From Squalus acanthias (taxonomy: Eukaryota): 64,000 nt of DNA. The notes under the pieces are model-generated. The model saw only the letters and a program-made list of their open reading frames with translations, was not told where the DNA came from and searched no databases. The number at the start of each line of letters is the position of its first letter. Within the stretch, counting starts at the first letter, position 1. Location of the stretch: the NCBI GenBank assembly GCA_030390025.1, contig CM059432.1:32986001-33050000 (forward strand). The letters run 5' to 3'. The position numbers were made by a program, and so were the translations under genes. Shown here one piece after another: positions 11,179-22,560 of the stretch.

Positions 11179-13458
11179 TTAACGGACTAGGCGGACCAGA
11201 AATAGCCGCAGACGTTTAGCTCTCTGCTTGTGACTGGAAGGCACGTCTCCCGGGACCGTGTCCTGGTCCCTGGGTCGCTTGGCCCGTACCGGTAAGTCAG
11301 TAGAGTCCGCGTCATCTTGATCATCCTGTGGAGGACTGGGAATATCATGACTCCGGGTGCGGGTCCCCACAGGTGCTGAGCTGGCCTCATCCCGGGTCGT
11401 GGCTGGAGATTGTCCGGCGTCCTGGTTTCGGGTGGCCATCCTATGGGGAGCGTCCAGCTCCCTGAGTTGATCCGGTAGCGTTGCCGGCAGATCCCCCGAT
11501 GTCCCAGGCGGGGCGTCATTTTCATAGGGGTGCGGAGTGTTGATATCATTGTCGGGGGATCCTTCATCATTCGGGCCCGTGTGACCGGTTGGGCAGGGAG
11601 CCAGATCTCGGAGCGAGATGGTGGTCTCCCGGCCATCAGGGTACCGTACGTGCGCATACGTGGGGTTTATCTCCGTTAACTCCACCTCGTCAACGAGAGG
11701 GTCGTTTTTGGCAGACCGGACGAACCTCCGGAGTAGCACCGGGCCTGGAGCCACCAACCATGACGGTAGAGACGTCCCATGTGTAGAGCGATGCCGGAAT
11801 TTGAAGAATCGCTCATGAGGCGTGACATTGGTAGATGTGGAGAGAAGAGACCTGATAGAGTGTAACGCGTCGGGGAGCACCGTTTCCCACTGCTGGTCCG
11901 GCAGGTTGCGTGACCTTAGTGCCAGACGGACAGCGTTCCAGATGATGGCATTGTATCGTTCAACCTGTCCGTTACCGATTGGGTGATATGGTGTCGTCTT
12001 ACTTGAGGCGATTCCCCGTTGGGAGAGAGAACTTTTAAGTTCACTCGACATAAAGGAGGGACCCCGATCAGTGTGGATAAAATTGGCCGTCCCGCAAAGG
12101 GAAAAGACCTGATCGAGGCATTTAATTACCGTAGAGGTAAGCATATTAGGGCAGGGGAAGGCGAAGGGAAAGCGTGAATACTCGTCCACCATCGTAAGTA
12201 GGTAGGTGTTCCTTGTCGATGAAGGCAATGGCCCTTTAAAGTCTATGCTGAGCCTCTGCATAGGCTGCATTGCATGTATGAGTAAGCCATCTGATGGGCG
12301 AAAGAATTGTGGTTTCAATTCTGCACAAATCCTACAGGAGGAGCATGTTTTCTTTACGTCCTCGGTTGAAAATGGTAGATTTTTGGAGCGCACAAAGTGC
12401 AACATGCGGGTCACACCAGGATGGCATAAGTCCATATGCAAATCCGCCAGAGTCGACGTTGACATTGAGGAGCAAAATGCCCGCGTGAAGGTATCTGGGG
12501 CCACGTTCTGTTTGCCGGGTCGGTAACAGATAGTATATCCAAAGGCAGCCAGCTCCATCCTCCAGAGTTGAATTTTATTATTTTTGATTTTCGTGCGCCT
12601 CCGGTTATCCAACATGAAGGCCACAGAGCGCTGGTCAGTTATAAGCGTAAAATGACGCCGAGCAAGAAAATGACCCCATTGGCGTACAGCCTCGATGATG
12701 GCCGTAGCCTCCTTCTCGACGGGGGGGTAATGGAGCTCGCTACCCTGCAAGGTTCTGGATAGGAATGCCACGGGTCGGCCACCTTGATTCAAGGTAGCGG
12801 AGATCGCCACCTCCGATGCATCGCATTCGACCACAAAAGGAAGATTTTCGTCAATGGAGCGAAGCGTGGCTTTCTCCAGCTGTCGTTTGAGGAGGTTGAA
12901 GGCAGAAATAGCCGTAGCTTCCAATGGAAAAGACTTCGCATGGAGCAGGGGCTGTATTTTATCGGAGAAGTGTGGTATCCATTTTGCGTAATAAGCAAAC
13001 ATGCCAAGTGCCCGACGAAGAGAGCCGAGGTTCGTCGGGGGAGGGAGCTCCTGAAGTGGACGAAGTCGCTCTGGGTCCGGTTTAATAACACCGTTGCCCA
13101 CCCAGTAGCCAAGAATGTTCACCGATGGCACCGACTTCACCGATTTGGATTCGTTTAACGTTAAGTGGCGATGGCGGAGTACGTCAAAAAATCTCTGAAG
13201 ATTGGCGTCATGCTCCTTTTGATCATGGCCGGCAATAGTGATATTGTCTAAATACGGAAAGGTATCCGTCAAGTTCTCTTGCCGGACTAGGCCATCCATG
13301 GCCCGTTGGAAGACGGCCACCCCATTGGTGACCCCGAATGGAAGGCGGCGAAACTGGAAAAGCCGACCATTGGCCTCAAAGGCCGTATACTTCTTGTCGG
13401 AGTCTTGCAGTGGCACCTGATGGTATGCACTTTTTAAATCGAAGGTCGAGAATACCTT
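11179..13458 (-). CDS. pol: Gypsy-A RT-RNase H-integrase part
   Basis: Resumes KVFSTFDLKSAY; YLDN; ECDASE; HHCC; IDFKGP..TDRG..QVERYN. Removing the insertion and one TSD copy gives a single open 1313-aa ORF. Confidence 0.93.
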   Translation of the reverse strand, partial: KVFSTFDLKSAYHQVPLQDSDKKYTAFEANGRLFQFRRLPFGVTNGVAVFQRAMDGLVRQENLTDTFPYLDNITIAGHDQKEHDANLQRFFDVLRHRHLTLNESKSVKSVPSVNILGYWVGNGVIKPDPERLRPLQELPPPTNLGSLRRALGMFAYYAKWIPHFSDKIQPLLHAKSFPLEATAISAFNLLKRQLEKATLRSIDENLPFVVECDASEVAISATLNQGGRPVAFLSRTLQGSELHYPPVEKEATAIIEAVRQWGHFLARRHFTLITDQRSVAFMLDNRRRTKIKNNKIQLWRMELAAFGYTICYRPGKQNVAPDTFTRAFCSSMSTSTLADLHMDLCHPGVTRMLHFVRSKNLPFSTEDVKKTCSSCRICAELKPQFFRPSDGLLIHAMQPMQRLSIDFKGPLPSSTRNTYLLTMVDEYSRFPFAFPCPNMLTSTVIKCLDQVFSLCGTANFIHTDRGPSFMSSELKSSLSQRGIASSKTTPYHPIGNGQVERYNAIIWNAVRLALRSRNLPDQQWETVLPDALHSIRSLLSTSTNVTPHERFFKFRHRSTHGTSLPSWLVAPGPVLLRRFVRSAKNDPLVDEVELTEINPTYAHVRYPDGRETTISLRDLAPCPTGHTGPNDEGSPDNDINTPHPYENDAPPGTSGDLPATLPDQLRELDAPHRMATRNQDAGQSPATTRDEASSAPVGTRTRSHDIPSPPQDDQDDADSTDLPVRAKRPRDQDTVPGDVPSSHKQRAKRLRLFLVRLVR

Positions 13459-13813
13459 GGGGTAGAAATTAGGTCGCGCCCCATTTGGGGCGCAAATATC
13501 GTCCGAGCGCAAATATTAGCGCCTGGTGCTAATTATCGGCACTGACAGGAAACTTCTTTTACCGCCCCGGGAGGTGAGTGGAGCGCTAAATTAGGCGCTG
13601 CACACCTCTCTTAAGGCGCAAAGGCCTAGGAGTGAGGCGCTACCTCAGCGCACGAGCGCAGCGCAGCTGCTGCCAGTTAGCAAGGGAACACGACACACTG
13701 GCGCCGGACACTTCTTAAAGCGGGGGGGGGCCACTTGCTCCCCAGCCACACCCTGCTCATTGCAGCCTTGAATCTCAGCCTGGAGAGACCTGTAATCCAT
13801 TTTGCTGCCAAGC

Positions 13814-15634
13814 ATGGAGAGGGTGAGAACGCGCTCATCGCTTCACCGAGCGGGCCTTGGATGCTCTGGTTGGCGCAGTGGAGCGCAGACGATGCATGCT
13901 GTTCCCGGAGAGTGGCAGGAGGCCTTTGCCACGCGAGTTCAGAAGAGTGTGGAGGGAGGTGGCTCAGAGCGTCTCCTCCAGGAGCATGGTGCCCAGGACC
14001 CATGTTCAGTGCCGCAAAAAGTTCAACGACCTCACTCGGGTCGTCAGGGTGAGTGGCTTTTTCTCAATACCTCTCCATCCCTCCATCTCAACCTCACTAT
14101 ATGGCCAGAGGGTCTTAAAACCCCAATGCACAACACTCATGCAACACCTATGGCCCTTTTATCAAACACACACACACATTCCACACTTTGCATACAGTAA
14201 GGGCTATTCACCTATGGGAGGCACATCAGGCAAGACCATGGCTGCATATTGTAAGGGCTATTCACCTATGGGAGGCACATCAGGCAAGACCATGGCTGTA
14301 TATTTACTCAGATGCTGTCCTTTTTCTTGCAAGCTAAGCTGGCTCATAATCGGAGACAGCAGCAACGGACGGGTGGAGGGCGGCTTCAGCTGCAACCCCT
14401 CAGCGATCTGGAGGAGCGCGTCCACAGGATTGTGGCAAGCCGGGTGATCGGTCCCGTCGCCACTGGGGACGCCGACCCCGTTGTGGACAGCAATGGTAAG
14501 GTCATCACCTTTTTGTCCTCTGTCCTTCCACTTGTCCCTCACAATACCAGCCTTTGACACTTTCAATCCAACTTGCTAACTCGCTGCACTTATTCCTCCC
14601 TTACTGCCACCCTGTCCTCACGCTAAAGCCACTCTTGTACCTCCCTGCTTTCAGATGGTGATTCACCAGCTGAGGAGACGGTCCCTGAAGCTGCCACTGG
14701 GAGTGATGCTGCAGCTGAGGAGGAAGAGGAAGCCGGAGCATCAGTGCCACCCTCTCCCGAGGAAGCCCATGGCCACACTGGGAACACGCCTTCCCCGGAG
14801 GGGAGCAGGGGGGAAGGGGCTGATGATGGTGAAGCTCCAGGACCCAGCGGGCTGCAGCAACGCCATGGGGGGGGGAGGGAAGAACGGGAGCCTTCTCCCC
14901 AGAGGGAGAGTATGCCAGACACTCCTACTGCAATGGACGCAGAGGAGGAGCGGCTGATTGCAGAAATGAACAGCCAGGCGGTGGGCATGCACACTGAGCT
15001 CATGGGTGCAGTGGGAAGGGTGCCCGAATGCATTGAGGCACTGGCAAGGAGTGTGGAGCACTTCGCTGTAGCACAGGCGGATGCCACACTAAAGCTTAGT
15101 GCTGCAATTCAGTCACTGGCTGCCAAGAACCCATCTTAGACTGCTCTCATGCAGACTCAGATTGAGGCCACGCGAGCACTGACTGCTGCCATCCTCGATG
15201 GTTCATGCACATGTCCCCGGGGCTGTCACCGCGCCGCAGCAGGCCAGCAATGTGTTCTCCGGCAAATTGCTCCGGATGCTGAAGTGCTGCCCCGTGGGAG
15301 TGCCAGTGTGTCGGGCGAGCAGGGAGTTGCTGGCCTCTCTCACGATGACAGCATTCCTGCTGCCAACACTGTCACTTCTCCACTGCACTTGCCACCGCCT
15401 GTAGGACAGACTGCTGCCGCCCATGCAGAGTTGGTGCAGTCTGCAGCCGGGCCCTCCAGGCCCAGAAGTGGTCGAGGCCGTCCTTCAGGGGCATCTGCAG
15501 TGTCAGGGTCTGACGAGCAGCAGCCTTCCACCAGCCTTGCTGCAGCCACTGAGGTCCCATTACGGAGGAGCAGTAGGGTTAGAAGGGGGGAAGTGCGCAA
15601 GGGAAGGAGATCACCCTCGAAGGGCAAAATGTAG
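13814..15634 (+). pseudogene. Harbinger-A1 Myb/SANT-like DNA-binding gene (3 exons, disrupted)
   Basis: WREVAQSV...QCRKKFNDL; donors GTGAGT at 14049 and GTAAG at ~14495. Relative to copy A2 it has a 2-nt deletion in exon 1, an altered exon-2 acceptor and a stop at 15137. Confidence 0.8.
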
Positions 15635-15928
15635 GAGGTGTGCCAAAATGCTGGTCATTTTTTTATTAAAGGCCGAGGTTCATGGCCCAACTTTTGTTTA
15701 GTGTTTTGGACATTATCTCCAGGTTGTGAGAACCAGTTATGTTATTGACTGTTTTTTTGTGTTTATTTCTATGAGTTTGTCATGAGGAATTGACACACAC
15801 AGAGTTTGTACAATAAATAAGTTTCTGTATTCAAAATATACATGGCTGGTGGTTGGAATTATTGGTGCCTTGGCCGGCTTAGGGGTTGCGTGCTGGGTTG
15901 ATTCGTGTTTGTAGCAATGGCAGGGGCC

Positions 15929-17087
15929 CTAGAAGCGGCTTGCTATTAGTCGTTGACGGACGGCCCTTGCAGTTTGACCATTGTGGGCCGCCCTCCTGCC
16001 TTGGTGCTGCTGCTGATCATCGTCCTCGTCCTGTTCCTCCTCTTCCTCCTCCTCCTCTTGTGGTGCTGCAAGGCCTGGTGGCATTGGCTGCGTCCTGAGG
16101 ATTGCCATGTTGTGCAACATGCAGCACACGACTACGAATTTCGAAACTTGCTCAGGCGAGTACTGCAGGGCTCCTCCGGAATGGTCCAGACAGCGGAATC
16201 GTTGTTTCAGCACGCCGATTGTGCGCTCAATAATGTTCCTGGTTGCTTGTTGGCTTTCCTGGTACCGCAGCTCAGCAGGGGTGTTTGGCGCACGGAGCGG
16301 TGTCATCAGCCAGGTGCTCAATGCGTACCCCTTGTCCCCCAGAAGCCAACCAACTGGCTGATGCGGTGCCTCAAAGTTCTGCCACAGTAGTCTGGCGCAG
16401 GATGAAAGCATCGTGGCAGCTGCCCGGATAGTGGGCATTGACAGCGAGAATCACCTGTCTGTGGTCACAGACCAACTGCACATTCAAGGAATGGAACCCC
16501 TTTCTGTTCCGGAACTCCTCTGCATTCTCTCGCGGAGCACGCAAAGCCACATGCGTGCAGTCAATGGCGCCCTGCACCATGGGGAAGCCCGCTACCCTCG
16601 CAAAGCCCATAGCACGGTTATGCTGCTTGTCTGGGGTCATAGGGAAAGAGATGAAGTCTCGTCTCCTTCTGAAGAGGGCATTGGTGACCTGCCGGATGCA
16701 GCGATGCACCGCAAACTGGGAGATATTGGCGAGGTCCCCAACAGCAGCTTGGAATGAGCCAGTGGCGTAGAAGTTCAAAGCCACTGTGACCTTCACTGCC
16801 ACCGACAGAGACGTCCTGGACCTCAGCTGAGGCTGCAGATCTGGCTGCAGCAGGTGGCAGAGCTCAGTGACCACCTCCTTGCTGAATCGCAGCCTTCGCA
16901 AACACAGCTCCTCGGACATATGGATGTAGGAGAGCTGTTCACGATATACCCTGGGAGGGTAAGCTCTCCTGTACATGCGCCTGATGGCCCTCCTCCGTCT
17001 GGCCATCATTGCCACTCTCTGTCTGCGTCTCACTATCCTCCGATTGAGCTGGAGCAGGACGACGCCCCCAATCAGTGCAGCCCCCAT
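15929..17087 (-). CDS. Harbinger-A1 DDE transposase (HARBI1-like), split by a frameshift at ~16371
   Basis: [57 protein letters not shown]. Confidence 0.9.
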
Positions 17088-17186
17088 ATTCTCTTTGCCA
17101 GAAAAGTAATGAGGTACAGCAACTAAAGTAGCAGCAAAGTTAGGATGAACTAGACCAAACTACCTCACAAAGCGTTGTCAATGTAG

Positions 17187-17189
<3 letters not shown>

Positions 17190-17232
<43 letters not shown>

Positions 17233-17460
17233 ATCTCAATCTCAATCTCAATCTCAATCTCAATCTCAATCTCTCTCTCAATCTCTCTCTCTCCGAATCT
17301 CTCTCTCCGAATCTCTCTCTCCGAATCTCTCTCCGAATCTCTCTCTCTCTCTCTCTCAATCTCTCAATCTCTCTCTCTCTCAATCTCTCTCTCTCTCAAT
17401 CTCTCTCTCTCTCAATCTCTCTCTCTCTCAATCTCTCTCTCTCTCAATCTCTCTCTCTCT

Positions 17461-17514
<54 letters not shown>
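17190..17514. repeat. Compound (CT)n/(CAATCT)n microsatellite
   Basis: Directly visible. Confidence 0.98.
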
Positions 17515-17517
<3 letters not shown>

Positions 17518-17888
17518 AACGAGTGGTGCATAAATGTCGACCACAGAAAAAGACAGGAAGAGGCCCCCTTTAAATAGCGCCCCCCCCAGCCCCACACCGA
17601 TTGATAACGTTCCAGTCTTCCGGTCGTTGGAAGCGCCAGGCGGTAAGGCAGGGGGCGCCACTCAATTTCCGCTCCGGGGCACCCCAAGGGCGTTGCACCA
17701 TGGAATGACGTCACAATCTGCGCGCGCAGGTGTTCGCAGCGGTAAGTTTTAGCGCCGCCGCACAATCTCAAGTTAAGTTCTCGAGCGGCGCAAACAGCGC
17801 TGCGCCCGGGCGTTAGCGCCTTAACGCCCCATTAGCGCCCTCTTAAGGCGCTAACGGGAGGCGCAACCAACTGAATTTTTCCCCCCTT

Positions 17889-19550
17889 GTATTTGGCAAG
17901 GTTGTTGACCATGTCATCTATGCGTGGCAGCGGGTAGGCATCCAGATTGGTATATAGATTAATAGTCTGCGAATAATCGATACACAGACGTTTTTTATGT
18001 TGTTTTAAGGGATTATTCACGATGACGACCTGAGCCCGCCAGGGAGATGAACATGGCTCGATAATACCGTCGACTAAAAGGCGAGAGATTTCCGCCTCAA
18101 TAAACGCTCGATCATCTTGGCTAAAGCGCCGCGATTTGGTGGCTATGGGTTTACAGCGGGGGGGAAGATTGGCAAACAGGGAGGGTTCACCGAGTAAGGC
18201 CGCCGAGAGTGCACAAAACGGCACCTTAGAAATAGTAAGCTCCGGCCTTGACCCTCCAAACTCAAAAGTGATCTTCTTGTGCTGCTTCTGGAAGTCCTGT
18301 CCCAGAAGCACATCGCTGCATAAGTTTGCGAGTACTCCGAGCCGGGTGGAGAGATACGTGCAGCCGTTGAGGATGAGGTTGACCAGACAGAAGCCAGAAG
18401 AATTGGTGGTCAGAGTCGTCAGAGCCATTGCAATCTCCCTGTCCGAGGGATAAATGTGCAGTTTTAACCTGTTGACAGCCCGCTTACTAATGAAGCTGTC
18501 AGAGCTGCAGGAGTCGATTAGTGCGCTTAGAGTGTGCCCATTTACTGAAACCTTCGTGGCTGCATGGGACAAACTTTGGGGAAAAACAGCCGTGATGGGA
18601 GGAGGGGCAATTTTCCCTTCGGCAACTGTAGCCTTGACAGTAGTTCTTGGGGGAGGAGCAGCTCCATAGATAGCAGCTGTGAAGCTAACAGGAGCTCTCG
18701 ACCGGTATACTTTAGAGGAGCGGCCTTTCTTGTTAGCAAAGGCCCGTGACTGGCATACCTTGGAAAAGTGTCCTTTCTTGCTGCAATTATTGCAGGTCAC
18801 ATTACGAGCCGGGCAAAATTTTCTGTGATGGCACGCCCCTCCACAAAAGAAACACTTTCTTCCTGATTGCCAGGATGCTGCTAGGGCGGGGTAGTCATCA
18901 GCGAAGGCCTCTAGGGTAGGGTCGTCATCTGTTAGAGTAGAGTCAACATCAGTGGGGGCATCCGCCCGAGACCTACCGAAAGACTCATTAAAGGAGATAG
19001 CCGCCGCCCGTGCACGTGGTGGGAGATAAGTGTCTGCATTTTTCTTGGCCAAGTCCAAGGAACACGCCTGGTCATAAGCAGCCCGTAAATTGAGGGTTTT
19101 ATTTTCCAGCAGGCGCTGACGTATAAAAGGGGACGCGATTCCATTGATAAAGGAATCGCGGATTAGTTCCTCTTGATACTGTTCAGCTGAAACTGCTTTA
19201 AGGTTACAATCCTTGCCGAGCCTGCGAAGTTTCTGGAGAAATTCATCGAGTGATTCCCCAGGCTGCTGCCGAGTTGTGGCCAGTAGGTGTCGAGCAAAGA
19301 TTTCATTTGGGGACTTGACATATAGCTGCTGTAAGATTTCGATAGCAGCGTCATAGTCTATACAGTCCTCAATATAATCATACACATGAGGAGACACGTA
19401 GTTGATAAGCATTCGTAACTTATTAGGGACATCCGCCCCACATTCTTCAAGAAAGTTGCTAAAGGTACGAAACCAATGCTTCCATACCTTTGCTGCCGCA
19501 GGTGCATTCGGGTCCAGGTCGAGACGAGCGGGTCTAAGGAGTTTTTCCAT
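17889..19550 (-). CDS. gag-pol: Gypsy-A gag-protease-RT N-terminal part
   Basis: Two Cys/His knuckles (CFFCGGACHHRKFC, CNNCSKKGHFSKVC); LIDSCS protease; RLCIDYSQ...YPLPRIDD; cut at NLAKYK by the Harbinger. Confidence 0.93.
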
Positions 19551-22500
19551 GATGGATCAGTTTCTTGCCCAAGTTCCCTTCTGTGGTTCGAGTTGCAGCT
19601 GGTTGTTCCGAATCACCCAAAGCGTGGAGACGATATCAAGTTGATTAAATTGACGTAATAAAGACTCACTACGCACTTGAACATAAAGCAAGGCTTCAAT
19701 CAACTTGTAACGAAACATGGAGGTCTAGTTAGCAGTCACTAGCTTCCTGTTTCCAGATTGTCTCTGCCCAAGGTGGGCCCATGCCAGAGTATTTATACTC
19801 CCTGGATGGCGCCCCAGCTGGCCGCCCAGTAGTACTTCCTGAGTTGTTACTTGCGATTTATGACACCATGTACCTGGTGGGTGGTGTCCTCGTGTGATGA
19901 TGGTATCTGTGTTGATGATCTGGCATGTCTTGCAGAGGTTGCCGTGGCAGGATTGTGTGGTGTCATGGTCGCTGTTCTCCTGAAAGCTGGGTAATTTGCT
20001 GCGAACGATGGTCTGTTTGAGGTTAGGCGGCTGTTTGAAGGCGAGTAGTGGAGGCGTGGGGATGGCCTTAGCGAGGTGTTTGTCGTCATCGATGACATGT
20101 TGAAGGCTGCGACGAACATGGCGTAGTTTCTCTGCTCCGGGGAAGTACTGGACGACGTAGGGTACTCTGTTGGTTGTGTCCTGTGTTTGTCTTCTGAGGA
20201 GGTCTATGCTATTTTTCGCTGTGGCCCGTCGGAACTGTCGATCGACGAGTCGAGCGTCATATCCCGTTCTTACGAGGGCATCTTTCAGCGTCTGTAGGTG
20301 TCCATCGCGTTCCTCCTCGTCTGAGCAGATCCTGTGTATTCGCAGGGCTTGTCCATAAGGGATGGCTTCTTTAACGTGGTTAGGGTGGAAGCTGGAGAAG
20401 TGGAGCATCGTGAGGTTGTCCGTGGGCTTGCGGTAGAGTGAAGTGTTGAGGTGTCAGTCTTTGATGGAGGTTCGTGTCTCCAAGAATAAAACCAATTCTG
20501 AGGAGTAGTCCATGGTGAGTTTGATGGTGGGATGGAACTTGTTGATGTTATCGTGTAGTCTTTTCAGTGATTCTTCGCCGTGGGTCTATAGGAAGAAAAT
20601 GTCGTCGATGTATCTGGTTTATAGCGTTGGTTGGAGGTCCTGTGCAGCGAAGAAGTCTTGCTCGAACTTGTGCATGAAGATGTTGGCGTATTGGGGTGCG
20701 AATTTGGTCCCCATGGCTGTTCCGTGTATTTGGGTAAAAAACTGGTTGCCGAAGGTGAAGACATTGTGGTCAAGGATGAAGCGGATGAGTTGTAGGATGG
20801 TGTCTGGAGATTGGCTGTTGTTGGTGTTGAGTACTGAGGCTGTCGCAGCGATGCCGTCATCGTGGGGGATACTGGTGTAGAGTGCCGAGACGTCCATCGT
20901 GGCAAGGAGTGTTCCTGGTTCAACTGGTCCGTGGGTGCTGAGTTTCTGTAAGAAGTCTGTAGTGTTGCGACAGAAGCTAGGGGTTCCCTGTACGATGGGT
21001 TTCAGGATGCCCTCGACGTATCCAGAGAGGTTCTCACACAGGGTTCCATTGCCTGATACAATAGGATGTCCGGGTGTGTTGGCTTTGTGTATCTTTGGGA
21101 GGCAGTAGAAGTCTCCCACGCGGGGAGTACGTGAGATGAGAGCGCGTAGGATGCTTTGAAGGTCTGGATCGAAGGTCTTGATCAGTCTATTGAGTTGGCG
21201 GGTGTGTTCTTTGGTCGGATCTGCGGGTAACTGTCTGTAGTGTTCCTGGTTGTCCAGTTGTCGGTATGCTTCTTTGCAATAGTCCATTCTGTTCTGTATG
21301 ACGGTGGCTCATCCTTTGTCCACTGGTTTGATGACTGTTGCGGTTGGTCTTGAGAGCGTGGATGGCGTTGCGTTGTGCTCGGGTGACATTCTGGACTGTC
21401 TTGTGAGTGCGGCTGATGAATCTGGCGTTGATGCATCTCCTGACAGCTTGAACATACATGTCAAGCTTAGGGCAGCGACCCTCCGGAGGGATCCAATTTG
21501 ACTCTTCTTCGGTTGCTGCACTGCGGGTCCCTCTGTCTGCTGTTCCGGATCATTGATTGTCTCATTGGGTTCGCTGCTGACATGTTGGGATTCATGGAAG
21601 AATTCCCGGAGCCTCATTCTCCTGATGAATTCCTCTGTCTGCCGCGAGACCGATGGGATCCATTTTGGTGGTGGGGCAGAAATTGAGCCCTCAGCTGAGA
21701 ACTTCGATTTCGTCTGGTTGAAGGGTGTGGTCGGACAAGTTGACGATGGACTTCCCTGTGGTTGCAACCGTGGTACCGGTGGAGGCTTGGTTGCTGCTGG
21801 TGGTGATGCCGAGTTTCTCAAGCTTCCTGTTCTTGGTGTGCATGTAGGCAGCGTAGTTCTGTTGCCTCGTCTATTTGGCGGTGTCTCATAGCTGGTCTGT
21901 GTCCTGAGCATAGGCTGAGAACATCGACTCTATCTTGGTTTCGAGGTTGCGGCGTCTGCTGTAGAGCTGGTGTACGAGATGGTTGAGGAGTGTGCGAGAG
22001 GTACGACAGCAGAGTCTCTCAGCGTCGTCTGTGTTGTATGTCGACTTGACTGGGTTCGTGATCTGTAGTCCTTTTGGGATCTTGTCTGCTTTCTTGCATC
22101 TCTGTAGAAACTTGATGTCTGTGTCGATATGCGCAATCTAAAATAGCCTGCTCCCTGGTTGGTTCCACAACGTATTGTTCTAAGAAACCATCCTGAATAC
22201 ACTATGAACTCTTCCTCAAGGCTACCTTTGCCAATTTGATTTGTCCAATCTATATAAAGATTAAAATCGCCCATGATTATTGCAGTACCTTTCTTATAAG
22301 CCTCCATTATTTCTTGATTTATACTCTGTCCTACAGTGTAGCCACTGGCCCCCTACCATTGACTTCTTTCCTTTTATTATTTCTTACCTCCACCCAGACT
22401 GATTCTACATCTTGATCTTCTGAGCCAATTTCATTTCTCACGACTGCACTGATCTCATCCTTTATTAACAGAGCTACCCCACCTCTTTCCTTTCTGCCTA

Positions 22501-22560
22501 TTCTTCCGAAATGTCAATTACACCTGAATATTCAGTTTTCAGCCTTGGTCACCTTGCAAC

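Larger units (their letters stand above)
13459..17885. mobile_element. Harbinger-A1 (PIF/Harbinger DNA transposon)
   Basis: TIRs GGGGTAGAAATT / GGGGGAAAAATT; 3-bp TSD CTT; convergent Myb/SANT and transposase genes. Confidence 0.95.
10926..19865 (-). mobile_element. Gypsy-A: full-length young Ty3/Gypsy element interrupted by Harbinger-A1
   Basis: Identical 215-bp LTRs (10926-11140, 19651-19865); TSD CCATG; polypurine tract at 11141-11153. Confidence 0.97.
10132..22135 (-). mobile_element. Penelope-like element (RT plus GIY-YIG, frameshifted) containing Gypsy-A
   Basis: 10-bp TSD ATCTAAAATA at 10122-10131 and 22136-22145; RT motifs KPVDKG, LPKIHK, MDVSALYTSIP, GTAMG (19866-22135); GIY-YIG end 10587-10925. 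Confidence 0.92.

Noticed and set aside
14197..14300. CRISPR-like repeat
   Set aside because: Two adjacent 54-bp units with no spacers, inside a eukaryotic intron.
15929..17087. Host HARBI1 / MSANTD-type domesticated genes
   Set aside because: All copies lie between TIRs, most with TSDs, and are multi-copy, so they are transposon genes.
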